DNA of 64,000 bases. It comes from Oscillospiraceae bacterium (GTDB lineage: Bacteria > Bacillota > Clostridia > Oscillospirales > QAMX01). Both the position numbers and the translations under genes were made by a program. The notes beneath the pieces were generated by a model, which saw only the letters and a program-made list of their open reading frames with translations, searched no databases and was not told the origin of the DNA. Of this stretch, positions 1 to 9,239 are shown one piece after another. The stretch covers positions 35,944 to 99,943 of the forward strand of contig SVLQ01000003.1 in the NCBI GenBank assembly GCA_015067825.1, read 5' to 3'. Positions within the stretch are counted from its first letter, which is position 1. Each line of letters opens with the position of its first letter.

Positions 1-1603
1 GTGCACGGCGGCCGTCCGGCGTGGGGCCGACGCGTGTGCCCTGATATTCATAGCGCGAGAACTGGTGCTCGGTGAGCAGGCAACCGTCGATGAATGCGAC
101 GGGCTTTTTGTTGCGGAACGCCATGTAAACGCGCGTGGCAAACGCCGAAGCCAACTCGTCGGCCTTTTCGTTATCCACACCGTAGCACGGGCAAGTTTTC
201 AAAACCGCAAACAGCGCCGCATCTTCGGCCTTGAGCTTGGCGAGGAACTCCTCCGCGCCAAACATCTTCTTCTCGAAAACGAGGTCGCGCACGGCCAAAA
301 GCGAGTCGATCGCGTTGATCAGGCCGCTTTCGGACGATTGCGTCCACGTGTAACGCGCACCGCCGGCGTTGAAGTCGAGCCCTTTGTCGATACAGTCGTC
401 GGTCAGAAGCGTGCGTACGGGATTGGGCAGATACTTCGCGTGATAGAGATATACTTCTAAAACACCGTCGAGGAATCGGTCGATATAACGCTCGACGTAA
501 GCGCAGAAACCTTCGTAGAACGCTTCAAACGACTCGGCCTCGGTGAGGTGGGCGTGCATGTATTCTTCAAAGAGCAGGAGCAGGGGAACGTCGTCGTCGG
601 TGCCGCCGGCGCGGGTCACGCCCTGAAACACCGTTTCGGTGCAGCCGCAGCCGCAGAAAAGCTCCAGGTCTTCTGCCGAAATTTGGGGGAATCGGTCGTG
701 GAGCATCGCTTTGATGCCGTTGATGTTATAGAAGGAGGGGTGTGTGCTGCCGTTTTTTAAGTTTTCGATCGCCAGATCCCAGATCTCCTGCGGCATCTCC
801 GGACGAACCAGCAATTCGAGCATCGGACGGCGCTTCTTGCCGATCGCGCGGAGCGCCTGCTTGGTGATCTCGTTGTATCCGTTGGTGCCGATCGTACACG
901 ACCAGTTGTCCACGGCTTCAAGGTTATCAAACAGCTCGGCGATCGCCTCGGTCAGGTCTTCGCCTCGGTAGAGATCGGCAAGACCGTCATCTAAGCAGCC
1001 GAGGTTGTCGCCGTTATCGAAGTGGAAAATCATGTTCCACGCGACCAAACCCTGATAATAAGTCTCTGCCGGGGCAAACGGCACGCGCTCCAGCGCTTCG
1101 ATCAGCTCGGCCGGTGCGTTGACCGATCGCAGGTACTCCACGCTGCGGTGGATATAGCCTTCAAACGCGTCGATCAGCGCGAGCAGACCTTCGCGGAATT
1201 CCTCGTTTTCCTGCTTGCGGATGCGCTCGCGGTACGAGGCAAGGCCTTCGCGCACGATACGCTTGTAGTTGGGGGTCGAATGTGTCCATCCGCGCTGCAT
1301 ATGGCTCAGATCGTAGAATTCACGCAGCGCCTGCGCAGCTGAGGCATCTTTGGCCTCCAGTTTGTCCCAGTCGATGTCGTACGTCTTTGCAAACTGCGGG
1401 CACACAGCACAGCCGGAGCAGAAGAATCGGCGGTAGGAGGGGTAGAGCTTATCACCGGGGACGTACTCGGCCGGTGGCAGCTGTTCGAAAAAACGAGCAT
1501 TTGCAATGGCGTGGCGGTAAAAATAACCTTTTTCGGGTGCTTCAAACAAACCGGCGGCATAGGGCTCGCCGATTTCATAAAACTTGGCGGCAATGGCGTT
1601 CAT
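1..1603 (-). CDS. Glycyl radical enzyme (PFL-like fold), N-terminal ~534 codons; the 3' end runs off the left edge
   Basis: Absent from the ORF track because there is no stop in the window. Manual translation from ATG (complement 1601-1603; RBS GGGAGAG 7 nt upstream) gives MNAIAAKFYEIGEPY... It contains ...RPMLELLVRPEMP..., ...THPSFYN..., the Cys loop FCGCGCTETVFQG and ...GPTPDGRRA at the edge, which resemble GRE core motifs. Confidence 0.75.
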   Translation of the reverse strand, partial: MNAIAAKFYEIGEPYAAGLFEAPEKGYFYRHAIANARFFEQLPPAEYVPGDKLYPSYRRFFCSGCAVCPQFAKTYDIDWDKLEAKDASAAQALREFYDLSHMQRGWTHSTPNYKRIVREGLASYRERIRKQENEEFREGLLALIDAFEGYIHRSVEYLRSVNAPAELIEALERVPFAPAETYYQGLVAWNMIFHFDNGDNLGCLDDGLADLYRGEDLTEAIAELFDNLEAVDNWSCTIGTNGYNEITKQALRAIGKKRRPMLELLVRPEMPQEIWDLAIENLKNGSTHPSFYNINGIKAMLHDRFPQISAEDLELFCGCGCTETVFQGVTRAGGTDDDVPLLLLFEEYMHAHLTEAESFEAFYEGFCAYVERYIDRFLDGVLEVYLYHAKYLPNPVRTLLTDDCIDKGLDFNAGGARYTWTQSSESGLINAIDSLLAVRDLVFEKKMFGAEEFLAKLKAEDAALFAVLKTCPCYGVDNEKADELASAFATRVYMAFRNKKPVAFIDGCLLTEHQFSRYEYQGTRVGPTPDGRRA

Positions 1604-1701
1604 ATCAAAAACTCTCCCTTGTGCGGATTGTGGACAAAATAAAGTATTGTGTTCTAATTATACCATATCCCGTACGGAATACAAGCCGATGATCAAAAAA
1701 A

Positions 1702-2736
1702 CTACGGTCGGATCGCAACTTTTATTACGCCGTCTTTCCGGGCTTCAAAAAGCTCGTAGGCCGCGTCGATCTCTGCGAGCGGATAGGTGTGGGTGATGAG
1801 CGGGAGGGTGTCGAGTTTTCCTTCTGCGATCAGCGCAAGGATCTCGCCGCAGTCGCAGCCGTCGACACCGCCGGTCTTGAAGGTGAGGTTCTTGCCGTAC
1901 ATCTCCGGCAACGGCAGGATCTGTGGCGCGTTATATAGTGCAACGACCACGACCGTCGCGTTTGGCCGTGCACATTCCCACGCGAGGCGGAAGGTATTGT
2001 CTGCACCTGCGACCTCAAATACGACGTCGGCCCCGCCGCGATCGCAGTATTTCGCGATATGGCTGCGGCAATCCTCGGGCGAAACGACATCAACGGTGGG
2101 GTAATGTGCCCGGATGAAGGCCTGCCGCTCCGCGTCTTTTTCGCAGACGATGATTTGTGCGGGCGAGCGGAGCATCGCGCAGAGCAGCGTGCAAAGGCCG
2201 GTAGGCCCTGCTCCGATGATCAGAACCGTGTCGTCGGGGCGGATTTCGGCGATCTTCGCCGCCCAAAAGCCGGTGGCGAGTACGTCGCCTGCCAAAAGAG
2301 CCTGCTCGTCAGAGACCGTGTCCGGGATCTTCGTCAGCCCTTGATCCGCCAACGGCACGCGCACGTATTCGGCCTGCCCGCCGTCGATGCGGCAGCCGAG
2401 CGCCCAACCGCCGTTTTCGTCGGTGCAGTTGTTGACGAATCCGCGCTTGCAGAAAAAGCAATCGCCGCAGAATGTCTCGACGTTGACGGCGACGCGGTCG
2501 CCGGGACGAACCGTGTGCACCTCGCTGCCGACCACCTCGACGATCCCGACCATCTCGTGGCCGACGGTGATTCCGGGGACGGCGCGCGGAACGCTGCCGT
2601 GCTTGATGTGCAGATCGCTCGCGCAGATGGAGGCGAGCGTTACTTTGACGATTGCATCGCGCGGAGAAGCTAAAACAGGCCGTTCTTTTTCGGTCAGAGC
2701 AAATTGATGGGGTGCGAGATATGTATAAGCGAGCAT
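1702..2736 (-). CDS. Zn-dependent alcohol dehydrogenase (MDR family)
   Basis: 344 aa. Has GHEMVGIVEVVG (GHE zinc motif), a Cys-rich structural Zn loop (CGDCFFCKRG) and the Rossmann motif GAGPTGL. RBS GAGGGA. Confidence 0.9.
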   Translation of the reverse strand: MLAYTYLAPHQFALTEKERPVLASPRDAIVKVTLASICASDLHIKHGSVPRAVPGITVGHEMVGIVEVVGSEVHTVRPGDRVAVNVETFCGDCFFCKRGFVNNCTDENGGWALGCRIDGGQAEYVRVPLADQGLTKIPDTVSDEQALLAGDVLATGFWAAKIAEIRPDDTVLIIGAGPTGLCTLLCAMLRSPAQIIVCEKDAERQAFIRAHYPTVDVVSPEDCRSHIAKYCDRGGADVVFEVAGADNTFRLAWECARPNATVVVVALYNAPQILPLPEMYGKNLTFKTGGVDGCDCGEILALIAEGKLDTLPLITHTYPLAEIDAAYELFEARKDGVIKVAIRP

Positions 2737-2834
2737 GGTGATCCCTCGTTTTGTTTGGTATGGTTTTATTATAGCAGATTCGAAACAGATTGCAAGTACC
2801 GGAAAATACCGCGGGGAAGACCGGAAAACAAAGT

Positions 2835-2863
2835 TTTACAACCGCGCAAAAATGTAGTATAAT
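2835..2863 (+). promoter_or_regulatory. sigma-A-type promoter for the GH2-GRE operon
   Basis: TTTACA (2835-2840), 17-nt spacer, TATAAT (2858-2863), about 33 nt upstream of the GH2 start. Confidence 0.6.
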
Positions 2864-2895
2864 GTTAGGGAGAACTCGGAAAGGGTGATGCGCAC

Positions 2896-4644
2896 ATGAA
2901 AAAACCAATGCCTCGGTTTTGCCGGCTGCAGACGCCGTTTGAAGCGCCGACCGCCGAAAGCTGGTCGGAGGTCCATCCGCGCCCGCAGATGCGGCGGGAT
3001 TCGTGGCAGAGCTTGTGCGGTACGTGGTCGCTTGCGCTCGAACACGGCGGCAGCGAAACTGCCGTGGGTGAGATCGCCGTACCGTTTCCGCCGGAATCGC
3101 GCATCTCCGGGATCGAACGTCCGCTTGCGCCGTCCGATGCATGGGTCTATCGGAAACGCTTTGCTTTAACGGATGATTTGTGCGGGAAAAATGTGTTACT
3201 CCACTTCGGCGCAGTCGACCAACGCTGCGAGGTTTGGCTCAACGGAAAACCTGTGGGCGAACACGTCGGCGGCTATCTGCCGTTTTCGTTCGATATCACC
3301 GCCTGTTTGCAGCCAGGCGAAAACGAACTGAAGGTCGCCGTCTATGATCCGCTCGATCCCGCTCTCGGCTACGGCAAGCAATGCCGGAAACGCGGCGGCA
3401 TGTGGTACACGCCGATCAGCGGCATTTGGCAGCCGGTCTGGCTGGAGGGTGTGCCCCAAAACCATATCCGTTCTCTGCGTATTACGCCGACAATGACTTC
3501 CGCCGCCATCGAAACCGTCGGCGGAGCGCTCGAAAAAACGCTGGTCCTCCACACAGACGAAGGCGATCTCTCGTATTCCTATACGGGTGACCGATTCGTG
3601 CTCTCTCCGAAATCCCCGAAGCTTTGGTCGCCGGAATCGCCGTATCTTTACCGCTTTACGCTTCTTTCCGGCGATGACCGCGTGGAATCCTATTTTGCTC
3701 TGCGCACCGTCAGCATTGAGACCGCACGCGGACAGGCGTATCTCTGCCTGAACGGAAAACCGCATTTCTTCCACGGCCTGCTCGACCAAGGCTACTACAG
3801 CGACGGGATCTATCTGCCGGCCTCTCCCGAAGGATACCGGTTCGACGTGCTGGAAATGAAACGGCTCGGCTTCAATATGCTGCGCAAACACATCAAGATC
3901 GAACCCGACCTCTTTTACTACTACTGCGATCTTTACGGGATGGCGGTGTTCCAGGACTTGGTCAACAGCGGAAAATACAGCTTTTTCTACGACACCGCGC
4001 TGCCGACGATCGGCTTCAAGCGTCTGCCGCAGCACCGCGCAGATAAACGCCGCAGAGCCGCCTTTTACCGCGAGGCCGAAGCCACCGTCGAAACGCTCTA
4101 TAACCATCCGTCGGTTCTCTGTTATACGATCTTTAACGAGGGTTGGGGCCAGTTTGACGCCGACAACGTTTACGCGCGGATGAAAACGTTGGATCCGACG
4201 CGCCTGTGGGATGCGACGTCCGGTTGGTTTTGGAAAAAGCAGAGCGACATTTCCAGCGAACACGTCTATTTCAAAAAGATCCGCATGAAAAAAAGCCCCG
4301 ATCGTCCGCAAGTCCTTTCGGAGTTCGGCGGTTACGCCTGTAAAATTGAAAACCATTCGTTTAACCCCGACAAAACCTACGGTTACCGCAAGCTTGCGAC
4401 GAAAACGGAATTCCAGACCGCCTTGGCCGAGCTCTACCGCAGCGAGGTCATACCGGCGATCCATTCGGGACTCGGTGCGGCCGTGCTTACGCAGGTCAGC
4501 GACGTCGAGGACGAGACCAACGGACTTGTGACCTACGACCGTCAGGTTACCAAAGTCGAACCTGTGGCCATGCAGCAACTGGCCGCCGAAATATTTGCGG
4601 CGTTTGCCGAAACGACCGCCGAAGAAAAGAGGGGATCGCTGTGA
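2896..4644 (+). CDS. Glycoside hydrolase family 2 (beta-galactosidase/beta-glucuronidase-like)
   Basis: 582 aa. Sugar-binding domain signature NVLLHFGAVDQRCEVWLNGKPVGEHVGGYLPFSFDIT; acid/base region NHPSVLCYTIFNEGWG; nucleophile region VLSEFGGYA. Confidence 0.85.
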   Translation: MKKPMPRFCRLQTPFEAPTAESWSEVHPRPQMRRDSWQSLCGTWSLALEHGGSETAVGEIAVPFPPESRISGIERPLAPSDAWVYRKRFALTDDLCGKNVLLHFGAVDQRCEVWLNGKPVGEHVGGYLPFSFDITACLQPGENELKVAVYDPLDPALGYGKQCRKRGGMWYTPISGIWQPVWLEGVPQNHIRSLRITPTMTSAAIETVGGALEKTLVLHTDEGDLSYSYTGDRFVLSPKSPKLWSPESPYLYRFTLLSGDDRVESYFALRTVSIETARGQAYLCLNGKPHFFHGLLDQGYYSDGIYLPASPEGYRFDVLEMKRLGFNMLRKHIKIEPDLFYYYCDLYGMAVFQDLVNSGKYSFFYDTALPTIGFKRLPQHRADKRRRAAFYREAEATVETLYNHPSVLCYTIFNEGWGQFDADNVYARMKTLDPTRLWDATSGWFWKKQSDISSEHVYFKKIRMKKSPDRPQVLSEFGGYACKIENHSFNPDKTYGYRKLATKTEFQTALAELYRSEVIPAIHSGLGAAVLTQVSDVEDETNGLVTYDRQVTKVEPVAMQQLAAEIFAAFAETTAEEKRGSL

Positions 4645-6770
4645 CGTTCTATACCGCATCCGAAACCCCGCGTCCGATCCGTTTGTCGGAGCCGACGCGC
4701 CGCTTTGCCTACGACTCGCTGCACCACCGTTACGGGCTGGATACCCGCAAGGTTCCCGCCGTCAGTCTGGATTCGGTCGAAGGCATCGAGACCATGACCG
4801 ATCTTGACCGCTACGATGCCGCGATCCGTGCGATTGCCCTGCACGCGCCGATCCGTATCTGCGAGGGCGAACGCCTGAGCGGGGCGGCGACGCTGGGGCT
4901 GGCGATCGACCATGCCGTCCCTGCCACGATCGGCGGAAAGCCCGTCTGCCACAGTATCAGCCACCTGACGATCGACTTTTTTGATGTTTTGCGCATCGGC
5001 TGCGACGGGATCATCGACAACATCCACGCGTCCATGCAAACGCATACCCAACCGCGAGAGGTACGCTTTTTGGAAAGCGCACTTTCGTGCATGGAGAGCC
5101 TGAAGATCTGGCACGGGCGCTATCTGGAAGCGCTGCAGGATCGGGCTGAATACCGTGCAAACTACGAGGCGCTGTGCCGCGTGCCGTTTGCGCCGCCGCG
5201 CAGCTTTTACGAAGCCGTGCAGAGTGTTTGGTTTATCTTTGCTTTCGTGCGTCTGTGCGGCAACTGGCCGGGCATCGGCCGACTGGATGCAATGCTTGGG
5301 CCGTACCTGCAGCGCGATCTGGCTGCCGGTGCGCTCACGCGGGATGAAGCCCGCGAGATCCTCGCACACTTTCTGATCAAAGGCTGCGAATGGATCACCG
5401 GCACTTCCAACGGCAGCGGCGATGCCCAACATTATCAGAACCTTGTCCTTGCCGGTGTGGATGAAAACGGCGTTGAAGTCACCAACGACGTGACCTATCT
5501 GCTTTTGGAACTGATCGAGGAGCTTGGCATCAGCGATTTTCCGATCACGCTGCGCCTCCGCGAAGATTCGCCGCCAGAGCTCCTGACGGCTGCGGCCGAA
5601 GTCATCCGGCACGGCGGCGGTGTGGTCGCGGTCTACAACGAAGACCTCATTATTGAATCCCTTGTGAACTACGGCTATCCTCTCGCCGATGCCCGACGGT
5701 TTGCCAACGACGGCTGCTGGGAGGTACAGATCCCCGGCGAGACCTGCTTTTCCTATGCCGCATTTGACGGTTTGGAGATCCTGCAGTCGGTCACGCTCGG
5801 CGGCTATGCCGAAGGTGTCGACTACCCAACCTATGAGGCACTTTACAACGCATTTATCCGCGATCTTTCCGCGCGCGTGGGTAGAATCTGCCGCGAGTGG
5901 ATCGACCGGCGGCTGGAGATCGGGGAAGACCGCAGCGTTTCGTGGAAACCGCAGGGAACGTGCACACTTGTATCTCTGTTTGAGCGCGGTTGTATCGCCA
6001 AGGCTAGGTCCTATCTGGAAGGCGGCCCGAACCACACGGTCTATTCGCCGCATATCGGCGGCTTGGCCGACATTGTCAACAGCCTGTACGCAATCCGAAA
6101 GCTGGTCTACGAAGAAAAACGCCTCTCTTTGCCTGAGCTTCTGGCGATCCTGCGCGAAGACTGGGCCGGAAACGAAGAGCTGCGCCGCCATGCTGCCGAA
6201 AAGTACCGCTACTTCAGCAACGATAACGATGCGGTCGATGCGATTGCCGTGCAGCTGCTCGCCGATTTTTCTGCCGCCTGCCGTGCTGTCGACGGATTTG
6301 GCGCGGTCAAATTTCCGGCCGGTGTCAGCACGTTCGGCCGTCAGCTGGAGTGGGCGCCGCACCGCTTTGCCACGCCGTTTGGCAAGCACAAAGCGGCCGT
6401 TCTGGCGGGGAACTGCTCTCCGACGCCGGGGACGGATAAAGAAGGCGCGACCGCCATTATCCGTTCCTATTGCAAAGCCGACCTCAGACTGCAGCAGAGC
6501 GGTGCCGCGCTGGATCTGCGTCTGATGCCGCGCGACGTCGCCGGTGAGGCGGGACTGCAGACGTTGGTCGGTCTGATCCGCGGATTTCTGGCGCTGGGTG
6601 GATTCTTCCTGCAGCCCGACGTGGCCGATGCCGCCGAACTGCGGCGCGCGCAGGCCGATCCGGAAAACTATCCGACGCTTTCTGTGCGCATTTCCGGCTG
6701 GAATGCGCGCTTTGTCACCCTGCAGAAAGAGTGGCAGGATATGATCATCGCACAAATGGAAAAAGCGTGA
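4641..6770 (+). CDS. Glycyl radical enzyme, eliminase-like (709 aa)
   Basis: The GTG start overlaps the GH2 stop (GTGA, 4641-4644). Core motifs: NLVLAGVDENG..., ITLRLREDSP, GGGVVAVYNED, Cys loop NDGCWEVQ. C-terminal glycyl-radical fingerprint: PENYPTLSVRISGWNARFVTLQKEWQDMII. Confidence 0.85.
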   Translation: MTFYTASETPRPIRLSEPTRRFAYDSLHHRYGLDTRKVPAVSLDSVEGIETMTDLDRYDAAIRAIALHAPIRICEGERLSGAATLGLAIDHAVPATIGGKPVCHSISHLTIDFFDVLRIGCDGIIDNIHASMQTHTQPREVRFLESALSCMESLKIWHGRYLEALQDRAEYRANYEALCRVPFAPPRSFYEAVQSVWFIFAFVRLCGNWPGIGRLDAMLGPYLQRDLAAGALTRDEAREILAHFLIKGCEWITGTSNGSGDAQHYQNLVLAGVDENGVEVTNDVTYLLLELIEELGISDFPITLRLREDSPPELLTAAAEVIRHGGGVVAVYNEDLIIESLVNYGYPLADARRFANDGCWEVQIPGETCFSYAAFDGLEILQSVTLGGYAEGVDYPTYEALYNAFIRDLSARVGRICREWIDRRLEIGEDRSVSWKPQGTCTLVSLFERGCIAKARSYLEGGPNHTVYSPHIGGLADIVNSLYAIRKLVYEEKRLSLPELLAILREDWAGNEELRRHAAEKYRYFSNDNDAVDAIAVQLLADFSAACRAVDGFGAVKFPAGVSTFGRQLEWAPHRFATPFGKHKAAVLAGNCSPTPGTDKEGATAIIRSYCKADLRLQQSGAALDLRLMPRDVAGEAGLQTLVGLIRGFLALGGFFLQPDVADAAELRRAQADPENYPTLSVRISGWNARFVTLQKEWQDMIIAQMEKA

Positions 6771-6783
6771 GAAGGAGAACCGT

Positions 6784-7194
6784 ATGATCCGAGAAATCAT
6801 CAAAGATCCGCTCTTTCTGGCCCGAAAATCTCTCCCGGCGACGGCGCTTGATCTGCCGGTCGCCCGCGATCTGCGCGATACGCTTGCGGCGCATCGTGCG
6901 GGCTGCGTTGGGATGGCGGCCAACATGATCGGCGTTTTAAAGCGAATCATCATTTTTGCCGACGGATTGAGTGCAACGGTGATGCTCAATCCGGAGATCA
7001 CCAAAAAGACCGGTCCCTACGAGACCGAAGAGGGCTGCCTTTCGCTGGAGGGTGTGCGCCCGACTACGCGCTTTCAAACGATCCGCGTGCGCTATCAGGA
7101 CGAATCCATGCGCACCCAAACCAAACAGTATGCCGGCTTTGCCGCACAGGTGATCCAGCACGAGATCGACCACTGCGACGGCATTCTGATCTGA
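6784..7194 (+). CDS. def: Short peptide deformylase-family protein (136 aa)
   Basis: EGCLS and QHEIDH metal motifs are present. Motif 1 reads CVGMAANMIG, with Met where the canonical Gln sits. RBS GAAGGAGA. Confidence 0.8.
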   Translation: MIREIIKDPLFLARKSLPATALDLPVARDLRDTLAAHRAGCVGMAANMIGVLKRIIIFADGLSATVMLNPEITKKTGPYETEEGCLSLEGVRPTTRFQTIRVRYQDESMRTQTKQYAGFAAQVIQHEIDHCDGILI

Positions 7195-7209
7195 ACGAGG
7201 AGGAAGCAT

Positions 7210-7974
7210 ATGATCGTATATTTTTCCGGCACCGGCAACAGCCGCTACTGCGCCGAATTTTTGGCCGACCAACTCGGCGACGAGCTGCTCGACAGCCGAA
7301 ACTACATCAAGCACCAAATTGCCGCCGAGCTGATCAGCGGAAAACCGTGGGTATTTGTCGCGCCGACCTATGCCTGGCAGATCCCGCAGGTCTTTGCCGA
7401 CTTTATCCGCACGGGCGAATTCAAGGGCGATGACCGCGCATGGTTCTGCCTGACCTGCGGCAGCGAGATCGGCGCGGCAAGCGAGATGCTTATAAAGCTC
7501 TGCGAAGAAGTCGGTCTCCGGTATATGGGTGTCGTTCCGGTCGAAATGCCCAACAACTACCTGTTTGGAAACGTGCCCGAAAAAGCCGAGGCCGTGGAGA
7601 TCATCCGCGCGGCACGGCCGGTTCTTGCCAGGGCGGCGGAGTGGATCGCGGCGGGCAAAGCGTTCCCGCAGGCGAGCCTGTCGGCCGCCGATCGGCTGAA
7701 ATCGCGCCTGATCGCGCCCTTGTTTGCCAAATATGCCGCCCAACCGAAGAAATTCCGTGTCAGCGATGCGTGCGTGTCGTGCGGGAAGTGCGAAGAAGCT
7801 TGTCCGCTCGGCAATATTCGTCTGGAAAACGGCCGTCCGGTTTGGGGCGAGCGCTGTGCGCAGTGCCTTGCGTGCATCGGCGTCTGCCGCAAACAGGCGA
7901 TCAACTACGGCAAATCGACTGCGGGCAAGCGGCGCTATTTCTGTGATCTGCACCATAAGGAGACCGAACGATGA
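7210..7974 (+). CDS. Flavodoxin-like domain + 2x[4Fe-4S] ferredoxin domain protein (EFR1-like)
   Basis: N-terminus MIVYFSGTGNSRYCAEF (flavodoxin-type loop). C-terminus CVSCGKCEEACP and CAQCLACIGVC cluster motifs. RBS GAGGAGGAAG. Confidence 0.75.
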   Translation: MIVYFSGTGNSRYCAEFLADQLGDELLDSRNYIKHQIAAELISGKPWVFVAPTYAWQIPQVFADFIRTGEFKGDDRAWFCLTCGSEIGAASEMLIKLCEEVGLRYMGVVPVEMPNNYLFGNVPEKAEAVEIIRAARPVLARAAEWIAAGKAFPQASLSAADRLKSRLIAPLFAKYAAQPKKFRVSDACVSCGKCEEACPLGNIRLENGRPVWGERCAQCLACIGVCRKQAINYGKSTAGKRRYFCDLHHKETER

Positions 7975-9233
7975 AACCGTATACCGACGTTGCCGCTGCA
8001 CTGATCTGGGACGGCGATCGATTTCTGATCTGCCGCCGGCCGGCGCACAAATCGAATGCGCTTCTGTGGGAATTCGTCGGTGGAAAGGCGGAACCGGGCG
8101 AAACGCTGGAGGAAACTTTGATTCGCGAGTGCCGCGAGGAGCTTGCGATCACGGTCGAACCGCGGGAACCGTTCATGCAGGTGATGCACACCTATCCCGA
8201 TATCACCGTACGGCTGACGCTTTTCAATGCCGTGATCACAGAGGGCGAACCGCAGATGCTCGAACACAGCGATCTCCGCTGGATCACACCGGCCGAGATC
8301 CCGGAATATGATTTTTGCCCGGCCGATAAGGATATTTTGCGCGAAATCATGCGGCGTGCAGGTTGTTTGCCGAAGGAAGAGTATAAGATCGGAATGTCGA
8401 TCGCGCCGAGGGCGTTTGACCCGGCAAAAGCTAAGGAACACGAGAGAAGGCTTGCCGAAGAATTCGGCGGAATGGATGCACTGCTTCGAACCCTAAAGGA
8501 GCTTGGGGCAACACACGTAGAACTGCGGACGGTCTCGCCCAACGCCGACGGCGAAGCGATGCTTGCCGTTGCCAAACGGATTTGGGAGGCCGGACTCAAG
8601 ATCACCGTCCACGGTTCGCTTCCCGAAACGATCGGCAGGTTTGAAACCGTCTATCCCTCGCTTATGCAGATTCTCCGTGAGGCAAAGGCGCATCAGAATT
8701 TTGTCAACATTACTGTTCACGCCTACAGTTCAGAAGACGACACCGACGTCGCAAAATTTGCCACCGACACCAAGCGCATCTTGTCTCTTTGGGCAGAAGA
8801 TGCCGAGCACTTGGGTTATCGGCTTGCGCTCGAGAATAACCGCAGGAAAGGCGAGTACGATCCCGGCAACAGCTGCGAGGGTGTTTTGGAGATGCTGCCG
8901 GATCGCGCCGACTTGGTCGGTTCGTGCTTCGATTTCGGCCACTATTATTACAACATGCTCTATAACGACGGCACGCCCGACAAAATGCCGCCCGAGGCAT
9001 TTCTGCACCGCGCATTCCATACCCATATCCACGCCCTCTGCGAAAAGAAAACGCATTTTCCGCTCGTCAAAGGCTCGGTCATGCCGCTCGAATGCTATGT
9101 GAAAGCACTCAAAAAGGCCGGATATAAAGGCGTTTTCAATATGGAGATCAACGTCGAACGCTTTCCGGAGCTTCCGTACCGCGAGACCATTATCGCTTCA
9201 CTGCAGGCTCTGCGTGCGGCAGTTGAACAGTAA
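7971..9233 (+). CDS. Fusion protein: MutT-type Nudix hydrolase (N-terminal ~130 aa) + xylose-isomerase-like/AP-endonuclease-2-like TIM barrel (C-terminal ~290 aa)
   Basis: ATGA overlap with the upstream gene. Nudix box GGKAEPGETLEETLIRECREELAI. The C-terminal part carries TIM-barrel metal-ligand-like ALEN, CFDFGH, THIHA and NMEIN motifs. Confidence 0.75.
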   Translation: MKPYTDVAAALIWDGDRFLICRRPAHKSNALLWEFVGGKAEPGETLEETLIRECREELAITVEPREPFMQVMHTYPDITVRLTLFNAVITEGEPQMLEHSDLRWITPAEIPEYDFCPADKDILREIMRRAGCLPKEEYKIGMSIAPRAFDPAKAKEHERRLAEEFGGMDALLRTLKELGATHVELRTVSPNADGEAMLAVAKRIWEAGLKITVHGSLPETIGRFETVYPSLMQILREAKAHQNFVNITVHAYSSEDDTDVAKFATDTKRILSLWAEDAEHLGYRLALENNRRKGEYDPGNSCEGVLEMLPDRADLVGSCFDFGHYYYNMLYNDGTPDKMPPEAFLHRAFHTHIHALCEKKTHFPLVKGSVMPLECYVKALKKAGYKGVFNMEINVERFPELPYRETIIASLQALRAAVEQ

Positions 9234-9239
9234 AAGAAA

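Noticed and set aside
4542-7004. Very long ORFs on the strand opposite to confidently assigned genes. Examples: 4542..7004(-) 820 aa, 38119..40389(+) 756 aa, 43444..45870(+) 808 aa, 13336..14823(-) 495 aa, 3196..4659(-), 17706..19052(-), 36936..38228(+), 40701..42035(+), 53877..55229(+), 57130..58437(+).
   Set aside because: Each one is in the exact antisense codon phase of the real gene: the coordinate offsets between the two ORFs are multiples of 3. In that phase a stop appears only if the sense gene uses TTA, CTA or TCA codons, which this GC-rich, codon-biased genome avoids. Their translations are Arg/Gly/Ala/Val-rich low-information sequence with no motifs, while the opposite strand carries clear family signatures.
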